This document shows, one piece after another, positions 19,491 to 27,699 of a DNA stretch of 64,000 nucleotides. The stretch is from Alphaproteobacteria bacterium (lineage in GTDB: Bacteria > Pseudomonadota > Alphaproteobacteria > MPNO01 > UBA2964), in assembly GCA_012103315.1 (NCBI GenBank), contig WLWZ01000011.1:11869-75868 (forward strand), read 5' to 3'. Each line of letters starts with the position of its first letter. The stretch's first letter is position 1. The position numbers and the translations under genes were made by a program. The notes under the pieces are model-generated. The model saw only the letters and a list, made by a program, of their open reading frames with translations, made no database searches and had not been told where the DNA came from.

Positions 19491-20861
19491 TCAGGCACCC
19501 CAGGGTGTGATGGCTTCTTTCAAGGAAGCATAGCCCTGCAGGAAGCCAGGTCGATCACCGTTATAGACTTCGTCAAACTTGGCGAGCGCATCATCAAGGA
19601 ACGCTTCTAGCTCCTTATTGTCTTTATTAGCATCAAGATAGGCATCGCGGATCAGGACGAAATGAATACGGGAGTCATAAGGCTGTTTCGTACCGCCGAC
19701 CCATTCATCACCATCCAATAAACGCAGCAACATGGCATCCGCTGACCCCAGCGTCTGCTCATGAATGGCAGGACCCGTCATGCGGTGCATAACAGACGTC
19801 ATGTCACGACCGTTGCCGGTGGTGTAACCCATATCAGTCCATATTTTGCGCATGTCGACGTCTTGACCGAGATGCTTGGCAACCTTGCCACCAAAAGCAC
19901 GCAACGGATCGGAAATATCAGCCATCAGATCTGTCAGGCGGTCGCCATCAAGATCGGTGGCGAGAACAATGCAGTCCTGCTGTTCAATTAGATCCCATAC
20001 CAACAAGCCATAGTTCGTGTCAGCAATATGCTGTTCGATCCGGCCACCCCAATTTTCCATGCCGTCCTTAAAGTCGGCTGGGAGGAGGGCAATGATCTTG
20101 TCGATCTCTTCCTTAAACTCATCATACGGGTCAACTGCGTATTTACGTCCTACCTCAAATTTGGTGCCTTGAAGTAACCAGCTGTGAAGACCGGCATTGA
20201 TGCCATCTTCTTGCGCCTGCGTCGGCTTGGTGGCGACGCGGCCCAAGCGGCCCGTTTCGTGGACCATTTGGAGGAATAGGCGGTTGGCGTAGGCAAGCTG
20301 GACGCCGGGGGTGTTCATTTCTGAATGCACGATGCCGGTCTCGGCGTTGACGCCAAAGACGGCCTTGTCCTGCGAATAGGGTAGACATGGCATACAGCGC
20401 ACGGCAGTGATCGGACCATAAGGGCGCACGTTGCAATATACGCCTGCTTGGGTCCGCAGCGGTGCGTTACCGGACTTACCCATCACAACGACTTTGCCGC
20501 CTTTGCCGTCATTAACGTACGCATCACCTGCCGTTGACCATTTGATGGAGATACAGGGCATGTTGCCGAACCAGGTCAGGGGTTCGAGATTATGATCATG
20601 TCGATATTGCGACCACATAGGTACTGCGTAGAAAGGCAGGCCCAACACATCGATCGCGGCCATGGTACCGATCAGCGCAAATGCATCTGTCATTGAATGA
20701 GCAACTGGCTCAACCTTGCCATCATGATTTCCACCCTGCCAGACAGCAGCGTCCGGAAAGCCTGTTGGTCGTACATCGGTGGGCTCATATAAATCGTTGA
20801 GCAGGCCAAACAGGTCTCCGCCATCGGCTTCGGTGCGGGCAATATTCATCAGATCAAGCAT
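19491..20861 (-). CDS. Highly divergent isocitrate/isopropylmalate dehydrogenase family protein
   Basis: Ordered motifs IKWST, KSGNAPLR, NVRP, R-x6-Y (RCMPCLPY), TKPT, HIAD, DLDGDRLTD, MTSV and EQTLGSA align by eye with IDH catalytic motifs. Confidence 0.65.
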   Translation of the reverse strand: MLDLMNIARTEADGGDLFGLLNDLYEPTDVRPTGFPDAAVWQGGNHDGKVEPVAHSMTDAFALIGTMAAIDVLGLPFYAVPMWSQYRHDHNLEPLTWFGNMPCISIKWSTAGDAYVNDGKGGKVVVMGKSGNAPLRTQAGVYCNVRPYGPITAVRCMPCLPYSQDKAVFGVNAETGIVHSEMNTPGVQLAYANRLFLQMVHETGRLGRVATKPTQAQEDGINAGLHSWLLQGTKFEVGRKYAVDPYDEFKEEIDKIIALLPADFKDGMENWGGRIEQHIADTNYGLLVWDLIEQQDCIVLATDLDGDRLTDLMADISDPLRAFGGKVAKHLGQDVDMRKIWTDMGYTTGNGRDMTSVMHRMTGPAIHEQTLGSADAMLLRLLDGDEWVGGTKQPYDSRIHFVLIRDAYLDANKDNKELEAFLDDALAKFDEVYNGDRPGFLQGYASLKEAITPWGA

Positions 20862-21001
20862 AGGTGCCTCTTCAAATTGGTAAGTCAGTCAGAACACGGG
20901 AGCAAGAAGCACCCGCCCTAAAATTTCGGGCTAAACATGCTGATTTGGAGACCAACTGTAAAGAGCCAGTTGACGATAAAATTTAGGGAGGAACCCTGGT
21001 G

Positions 21002-21733
21002 CTAAATCTTCCACATGGCGCGAACGCGCTTCTTCTCACTAGCGACTTTTCGGCCGCGTAACCGTTCCCAGAGTATGATTCCGGCGTAATTCTCGACCTT
21101 CGTCGCAGGCACGCGAAAATCCGCCAGTTTCTTGTGGGTTTCCTCATTCGGAAGAATGAAGGACCACATGTTCAATGCGCCTCTGTTATTTTCCGTCAGG
21201 ATAGATTTAAAATAGCGATGCGGTATTGGGATGCTAACGCCATTTTTATCCGTAGAGCCAATAACCTTAATCGATTTACCAAAATCGAAAATTGGCCCTG
21301 ATATGACATAGGTTTCAAATATCTTCGGATCGCTATCCAGTTCCCGTACCGCGCTTTCGTGGTCCTTCCAAATTGCCCGGTTAAATTTTGGCTTTTGTGG
21401 AGACATATTGGAAAGCAGGAAAGTTTCGCTGTTCTGCATCTCGCCTTCGCGCTGGTTAGCACTCGATACTAAGTGGCCGCGGTCATGACCCGACCCTTTG
21501 TAATCAACCAGGTCTGCGCGAAAAGCTTGGGGTATACGAAAGTCAGAGCGGAAATTATCAAGCCGCTCGACAGCTTCCTCGCCTTCGTCGATGCGCCCGA
21601 CAATTTCGAGAGCCCATTTAGCCTGTCGAAAATAATAGGAATAACCAATCGTGAAGTAGCGATTGACCATGATCTGGTCGGCGGCCGGGGCTCCGTATCG
21701 AGCTTCCCGGCAATGGCTCAGTAGCTCCGTCAT
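21002..21733 (-). CDS. DNA/RNA non-specific endonuclease (NucA/EndoG-like His-Me finger)
   Basis: DYKGSGHDRGHL, TFLLSNMSPQKPKFNRAIW, VISGPIF and IPHRYFK; no signal peptide. Confidence 0.88.
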   Translation of the reverse strand: MTELLSHCREARYGAPAADQIMVNRYFTIGYSYYFRQAKWALEIVGRIDEGEEAVERLDNFRSDFRIPQAFRADLVDYKGSGHDRGHLVSSANQREGEMQNSETFLLSNMSPQKPKFNRAIWKDHESAVRELDSDPKIFETYVISGPIFDFGKSIKVIGSTDKNGVSIPIPHRYFKSILTENNRGALNMWSFILPNEETHKKLADFRVPATKVENYAGIILWERLRGRKVASEKKRVRAMWKI

Positions 21734-21816
21734 GACAAACGCCCCGTTATTCAATGTGTTGATAGGTATGGTATTCCCGTATTGTTTGCATCATCAAGCG
21801 GCGGGTTAGAAATTTT

Positions 21817-23045
21817 TTATACTTGAAAGCGGTTTGGCTTGAAGGGGGCGTCGTCAACGACTGGCGTTTTGTTTTCAAATAAATCCGCGAGAAGCTCTGC
21901 ACTTGCGGCCGACGTTGAGAGACCGTTGTGCTGGTGGCCAAAATTAAACCATAGCCCTTGATGTTGGGGGGCAGCGCCAATCATTGGAAGGCTATCGACC
22001 AAGGTCGGGCGGCGGCCCATCCAAGGCGTGTCTTCTACCTTGTCGCCAAGCGATGTGGCTTGCCGTGCGGAGCGGATAGATTGTTCAACTTGGCGATCAT
22101 TTAGAGGCGCATCCCGATCAGTGAGCTCTACGCCAGATGTAACCCGGACTCCTTGCTGCTGTGGGGTCATGACATATCCCGCGTCGACATCATGAACGGC
22201 TCTTTGCAGGGCTGGGCCCGTTCCCAGGCCATCGGTATTTTGTAGCCAAGACCCTTGGCAATTTCTGCAGACCAAGGTCCGGCTGCGAGGACAACCGCGT
22301 CGCTTGATATTAGCTCACCGTCTGTTAACTGAACTTCCCAAGTGGCGGATTTCTGTATCTTCTTAGCCGCACCGAGAATGACCTGTCCGCCCGCTTCGAT
22401 GAATATGGAGAGATAGGCATCGCAAAGGGCTGCCGGGCTGGAAACGCTACAGGCATTATGAAGAAGAACACCGTGGCGAAATATTGGGTTTAGCGCGGGC
22501 TCCAGCTGTCTGAGTTCCTCTTCTGAATATTTTGTATGTCCAACGCCGGTCTTCTCAAACACCTTGAGTTCCATACCATAGGCCTGATAGCTCGTGTCAC
22601 TGCGGAAGACCTTAAGCCACCCTGTTTTGCGCAATAATGAGTCGGCTCCGGAATCGGAAATAAGACCCAGATGGAGTTGCAACGAATGAGCTTGCAAGGC
22701 ACGCAATGCCCAGCTGCTATGGTCTAGATGTTGATCAGTGCAATAGCTTAGAAAGCGCGTGACCCAGGGCAACCGCTTGATAACAAACCAAAGGCTGTAG
22801 TTGAGCGCATTGCTCTTTTTCAGAATGAGCTTTGGGAGGCGCTTTCGGAGACCCGGATTATTAGAAATAACCACAGACCCATCCGATAATACGCCGGTAT
22901 TGCCGTAGGACGTCTCACGACCGGGCTGTTTTGGATCAAGCAGCGAGACCTGATAACCGCGCCGCTGGAACTCCAGGGCGGTTGTTATCCCGACGATTCC
23001 GCCGCCAACGACCGTTATGCGTTGAGGCGACGTCACCGATTCCAA
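21817..23045 (-). pseudogene. DadA-family FAD-dependent D-amino acid dehydrogenase, frameshifted
   Basis: The N-terminal part (GGGIVG, ETSYGN, LAAGPWS, PMAWER) and the C-terminal part (WMGRRPTLVDSLPMIG, FGHQHNG) lie in different frames; junction near 22217-22225. Confidence 0.8.
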
Positions 23046-23051
23046 TGCCGC

Positions 23052-24254
23052 TTAAACTGCGGGGCCAATTGATTGTGGTGTCTTGATTGGGCCAGTAAGC
23101 TCGCTATCAGGCAGAGCTAGAATCGAAGGCTCGTCGAAGACATCGGTCATGTTTGAGCTCACACCATTCTCGGCAATCGCTTCCAGCCATTTGCGATGGA
23201 TGCGAGGATCCTGATCTTCATATTCGACCTGGCGGCCACCTTCCTGAATTGATGTCGCGCCTTTGCCTTCTGCGCTTTTGCGGCGTAGCGCAATAAATGG
23301 ATAGCGACGGCTGCCCATGCTGCACGCCAGATAGCGCGCCGGTTGATCGCAGGTGTTGAAATGTTGATGGAACATCCAGAACGGCGGCGTGTACATAAAG
23401 CCATGTTCCCAGGGAAATTCCTTGAATTCCTGATCGCCTTCATACCACAGAAGGGTATAGCCGGTGCCGCTAACGGCATGAACATGGGTCCCGGCGGCAT
23501 GACGATGGGCCTTTTTGTAGCGGCCCATTGGTATTTCTGACGAATGGGCATGCATTGTGCTGTCGGCCAGAATAAACGAAACGTTCAACGATCCTTTGCC
23601 GCGTGAATCCATCGCGTAAAGTTTGAAGTTGGTCAGGTCATTGACGAAATTCGTTTCCCAAAGATTAGCCTCTGCAACATTGTCGCCGCGATTAACCGTG
23701 AGATGATCACCCTCGCCATCAAAATGCTTGCTGTCGCCAATCCTCTCCGGAAAATCGAAATCATTTTCGAACACAAAGCGTTCGTTATGAAATAGGTTGA
23801 TGACCAGCGGTGCGTCATTCGTGCAAGACAGACGCGCGGGCTCTTGTCCGGAGCCGTTGAATATCTGGTATTCGCAGTTCAGTGGCACTGTGAACAGAGA
23901 TTTGGGTCCCCATTCAAAGGTACGCACTTCGCCGTCGGGGTAGGTGACTGTGGTTGAGCCATAGCCTGACAGGGCATAGAAGAAGGCTTCGTAGATATGT
24001 TTGATGGGGGCAGTCTTTTTACTCGGCGCAACTTCTAAAACATAGTTTGCCATGAAGTCGCCATTGCCGTGGGTGTGCGCAAAACAGCCGCGCGCATCCC
24101 ATCGATCCCAGACATCTGTCTCAAGCGCCAGCAGGTTATGCCCGAAGTCGAGATGCATGGGTATGCCTTCACCCTTCGCCCAGTCCATATAGGGATCAAC
24201 CAGGAATTTCTTGCTTAAATCGATTTCTTCTTCGGGAGTATTTTCGTCAGACAT
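23052..24254 (-). CDS. Bicupin domain protein (B), paralog of 17315-18541
   Basis: KHIYEAFFYALSGYGST...FEWGPKSLFTVPLN; YKKAHRHAAGTHV...GYTLLW...MFHQHFN; YEDQDP tail. Confidence 0.78.
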   Translation of the reverse strand: MSDENTPEEEIDLSKKFLVDPYMDWAKGEGIPMHLDFGHNLLALETDVWDRWDARGCFAHTHGNGDFMANYVLEVAPSKKTAPIKHIYEAFFYALSGYGSTTVTYPDGEVRTFEWGPKSLFTVPLNCEYQIFNGSGQEPARLSCTNDAPLVINLFHNERFVFENDFDFPERIGDSKHFDGEGDHLTVNRGDNVAEANLWETNFVNDLTNFKLYAMDSRGKGSLNVSFILADSTMHAHSSEIPMGRYKKAHRHAAGTHVHAVSGTGYTLLWYEGDQEFKEFPWEHGFMYTPPFWMFHQHFNTCDQPARYLACSMGSRRYPFIALRRKSAEGKGATSIQEGGRQVEYEDQDPRIHRKWLEAIAENGVSSNMTDVFDEPSILALPDSELTGPIKTPQSIGPAV

Positions 24255-24316
24255 ACGGATCCTCTAATGAGAAGCAGGCTAAAATAATGGTGATCTTTTG
24301 GGCCGCGAAGTGCTTC

Positions 24317-24805
24317 CTAGACCAGACCTGCCCATTCTAGCAGGACGCCCGGTGGGAAGGGAAGATGCAGCAAGTGCCCGAAGACATACCAGGTGGCAAT
24401 TCCGGTCCCGAGTGGTAGGGCTATCGTCATCGCGAGTGTTTCTTTATGGCGCAGCATATAGGCCAGCACCATAACCGGGGCAGCGGTATAGAAACCGATG
24501 AGCCAAAGCAGCAAGGCGAAGCCATACATCCAGGCAAATAATTCCAGCGCACGACGTTTGCCTACTTTCGAGGACTCTTCTTCTGAAAAATCAATGTCGA
24601 CTCCGGTTTCATCCGTCTCAGTCTTGGCCGGAGGCAGGATTTCCCGGATCAGCTGGTAAACCAATAAGGCCAGCGCAATAAGACCAATGGTCCATGGGTA
24701 AAGTTTTGCCTGTAACGGCATGTCTGACGACGAAATGACGACATAGGCAAACAAGGCAATAAAGCAAAGTGTCAGCAAGGACCTGGGTTGAAATCTTAAA
24801 CTCAT
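24317..24805 (-). CDS. tctB: TctB small membrane subunit
   Basis: About 160 aa, hydrophobic, LYP and IGFY motifs, F...LHLPFPPG ending; immediately after tctA. Confidence 0.8.
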   Translation of the reverse strand: MSLRFQPRSLLTLCFIALFAYVVISSSDMPLQAKLYPWTIGLIALALLVYQLIREILPPAKTETDETGVDIDFSEEESSKVGKRRALELFAWMYGFALLLWLIGFYTAAPVMVLAYMLRHKETLAMTIALPLGTGIATWYVFGHLLHLPFPPGVLLEWAGLV

Positions 24806-24806
24806 G

Positions 24807-26303
24807 TTATGCCTCCGTTTCCTGTGCCCGGAGTTTTGAATTCCGGTCCTGGAACATTGGATAGCATACGCAAACCACGAGGATCGCAAAGATGATCAAC
24901 ACACCGGGTCGTAATAGGAAGTCGGCGCCAAAGAGCTGTACTGATGTCCACATATGACGTTCAGCGATCGGGCCAAGCACAAGCCCGAGCAGAAGTGGCG
25001 GGCGCGGCCAACCCGCGGCCCGCATGAAATAGCCGATGGTTCCGAAAGCGAACATGATTATGACATCTTCGAAACGGCTGGAGGCGGCGAAGCTGCCAAT
25101 TACCGCCATTGCCAGAATGATGGGAATCATCAGGGAGGGGCGTAGCTTGGACGCCATCGCGAGTTGCCGGGTAAAGGCAAGACACAAAATCGATGTAATG
25201 ATTGTTCCGATGATCAGGAGCCAGATCATTGAGAAGGTGAGATGCAAATCTTTGGTCAGCATGTCACGTCCGGGCGTAATCCCGACGATGATCAACCCGC
25301 CAAAAATGAGCGCCAATGTGCTCGACCCTGGAATACCAAAGGCGAGGGTAGGGATTAGGGAGCCACCTTCTTTGGCATTGGTCGCTGCATCGACGGCGAT
25401 AACACCGCGAACATCACCTTTGCCAAATGTCTCGCGAGCACCTTCACAAGTTTGTTTGGCGCTACCATAAGCGAACCAGTCGGCAACCGCTGAACCGAGG
25501 CCCGGGATAATGCCAACCCAAACGCCGATCAGGCTACTGCGGAGGACGAGCCAGCGGTGGGTAAATGCATCCTTGATGCCTTGCCGCCGGCCTTTGCCAA
25601 GATCGCCCAGCGGAAGGTCAGAAATTCCTGTTCCTTTAACGCCCATATAGATCAGCTCGGGAATAGCGAACAATCCAATGGTGACCGGAATTAGTTTTAA
25701 CCCATCCAGCAAGTAAATTTGGTCGAAGGTAAAACGGTGCAGGCCGGTAATCATGTGAACACCGACCATCGAAATAACAAGCCCGAGGCCGCCTGCAATG
25801 ATGCCTTTAACGGGAGCTTTTCCGCTCAGGGCACCGACCATGGCGATACCAACCATTACCAACATAAAGAATTCAGGGGGGCCGAGTAATAGGACAAGAG
25901 GGCGTAGGATCGGGATCGCGACAAGAAGCACCATTGCGCCAATGATGCCGCCTATTGCTGAGGAGGTGAAGGCTGCGGCCAAGGCACGCGCGGCTTCACC
26001 TTTCTTGGCCATTGGATAGCCATCCATGATGGTGGCTTGCGAGCCACCACCACCCGGGACGCTGAACAGAATTGAAGTGATCGAATTGGCGGTATTGCTG
26101 ACCGCCCAGACGCTCATAATGAGGCAGATCGCTTCGAACTGATTGAGAACGAAGGCAATAGGGAGCAGTAATGCGATGGCGGTTTTACTGCCAATGCCGG
26201 GCATAGCGACCAACGTCGAACTAATGACGATACCTACCATCATCAGTAACAACGCTTTCCACTGTAGAATGCCGTAGAGGCCTTCAAGGGCAGCGTCGAT
26301 CAT
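24807..26303 (-). CDS. tctA: TctA large permease subunit
   Basis: PGIG, SILFSVPG..SQATIMDGYPMAKKGEA, GLFAIPE, IIPGLG and ATNAKEGGSLIPTLAFGIPG. Confidence 0.93.
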   Translation of the reverse strand: MIDAALEGLYGILQWKALLLMMVGIVISSTLVAMPGIGSKTAIALLLPIAFVLNQFEAICLIMSVWAVSNTANSITSILFSVPGGGGSQATIMDGYPMAKKGEAARALAAAFTSSAIGGIIGAMVLLVAIPILRPLVLLLGPPEFFMLVMVGIAMVGALSGKAPVKGIIAGGLGLVISMVGVHMITGLHRFTFDQIYLLDGLKLIPVTIGLFAIPELIYMGVKGTGISDLPLGDLGKGRRQGIKDAFTHRWLVLRSSLIGVWVGIIPGLGSAVADWFAYGSAKQTCEGARETFGKGDVRGVIAVDAATNAKEGGSLIPTLAFGIPGSSTLALIFGGLIIVGITPGRDMLTKDLHLTFSMIWLLIIGTIITSILCLAFTRQLAMASKLRPSLMIPIILAMAVIGSFAASSRFEDVIIMFAFGTIGYFMRAAGWPRPPLLLGLVLGPIAERHMWTSVQLFGADFLLRPGVLIIFAILVVCVCYPMFQDRNSKLRAQETEA

Positions 26304-26326
26304 CGCCTTGTCTTTCCGTTAAAGGT

Positions 26327-26358
26327 AAAAAGGCCGCCCCATCGGGACGGCCCTTTTT
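26327..26358 (-). terminator. Terminator-like hairpin between tctC and tctA
   Basis: Minus strand reads AAAAAGGGCCGTCCC-gat-GGGGCGGCCTTTTT. Confidence 0.7.
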
Positions 26359-26365
26359 GTAACGC

Positions 26366-27622
26366 CTATTTACAGTCGATCTTTGCGGCTTCTTTGCCAG
26401 GCTTTGGATAGGTGAATTTGCAGGTCATACCTACTTTGATCTTTTTACGTTTCACCTTTTTACCATTGAGTGTGACCTTGGTCCGTGAGCCCGAGACCTT
26501 GGCCATCACTTCTTTACCTTTGTAGTCGATCCAAATGCGACGGCCTTTTCTTTTGATCTTGGTGACCTTGCCGCTGTGCTTCGCGAATTTGCTCAGATCT
26601 TTTTTAGGTTTCTTGGCACCAGATTTATAAAGCGCGATGACTTTGTCAGATGCTCCTAGAATTTCAGCATTGATCTTTGTCATCAGAGCCGGTGCTGTCC
26701 AAGCAACGTTGCGCTTGGCGCGTTTGGACTCTCTCAAAAGATCTTTGTCATGCAATGCCGACTTAAAAGCTGCCCTCAATGTTTTTAGGCGGTCGGCGGG
26801 AACCCCACCTGTCGTGAAGAACGGACGACCAGCGGCCAAAGGTGCGCCGAGAAGGGCTGCGAGAGCTTTCCCTTGGCTGGACAGCTCGGTCCCAACATGG
26901 GGAACGCCCTTAAGAGCTGGATGTGGGGCGCCATTATACAAGATTGGAATTAGCCCCAATTCCTTGATCGCCTTGCTGGTGCTCTCATAGCTGTTTGCTG
27001 TGCCCTGAACATCACCGCGTTCGATGGCAAGAAAACGGTTTTGGCCACCGCTGAATCCGGAGATGATTTTGACGTTAAATCCATCTTGTTTCAAAAGGGC
27101 CGGGTATTGATAAGATCCGGAGCCGGGGCCGGTAGCTGCAAACAAAATGGTCTTTTTTGATGCTTTAAGCTGCTTGAGGCTACGGATGGGCTGGTTCTTG
27201 CCCATTACAACCAGGAAGGTTGAAGAAGCGGCACTGCCGATTGCACTCAATTTACTGAGGTCATATTTGACGCCTACGGCTTTGGTGCGCTGTGCCAGGG
27301 CCAGTTCGCGCGTGAGGATCGCGATCTCGGTACCATTCTTCTTGGCGCGGTTGGCCATATAGTTGGCAGCGACGATGCCGCCAGCGCCTGGCATATTAAT
27401 GACAATCATCTTGGGTTTGCCGGGAATAAATTTAGGCATATGGCGTGCTAAAAGACGGCCATAAAAATCGTAACCGCCGCCGGGTGCGGAACGCACGATC
27501 ATCTTAATCGTTTTGCCTTTATAGAACCCTTGAGCATTAACCGTTTGAGTATCGGCGACGCCCCAGGCCGCGATGCCAGCGATGAGGCTGCCAAGCGCGA
27601 GTGATCCTGAAAATTTCTTCAT
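26366..27622 (-). CDS. tctC: TctC substrate-binding protein with a basic C-terminal extra domain
   Basis: Signal peptide, RSAPGGGYDFYGR, NMPGAGG, LAIERGDV; about 80 extra Lys-rich residues. Confidence 0.88.
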   Translation of the reverse strand: MKKFSGSLALGSLIAGIAAWGVADTQTVNAQGFYKGKTIKMIVRSAPGGGYDFYGRLLARHMPKFIPGKPKMIVINMPGAGGIVAANYMANRAKKNGTEIAILTRELALAQRTKAVGVKYDLSKLSAIGSAASSTFLVVMGKNQPIRSLKQLKASKKTILFAATGPGSGSYQYPALLKQDGFNVKIISGFSGGQNRFLAIERGDVQGTANSYESTSKAIKELGLIPILYNGAPHPALKGVPHVGTELSSQGKALAALLGAPLAAGRPFFTTGGVPADRLKTLRAAFKSALHDKDLLRESKRAKRNVAWTAPALMTKINAEILGASDKVIALYKSGAKKPKKDLSKFAKHSGKVTKIKRKGRRIWIDYKGKEVMAKVSGSRTKVTLNGKKVKRKKIKVGMTCKFTYPKPGKEAAKIDCK

Positions 27623-27699
27623 CAAAATTCCTCCAAGTTAGTGTTTGTATTTTTGTTCTGTAGAGACGCTAACGGAGCTTGTTGAATGTTTCAACAGGA

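Noticed and set aside
20916..20988. Imperfect inverted repeats (CCCTAAAATTT / AAAATTTAGGG) considered as MITE ends
   Set aside because: Short, imperfect, single copy and without a target-site duplication
21747..21980. 77-aa ORF overlapping the nuclease start, considered as a nuclease inhibitor or lost N-terminus
   Set aside because: It lies mostly in an alternative frame of the DadA C-terminus and has no signal-peptide or NuiA-like features
22167..22275. Programmed ribosomal frameshift in the DadA-family gene
   Set aside because: No slippery heptamer, and conserved residues are missing at the junction, which points to a deletion
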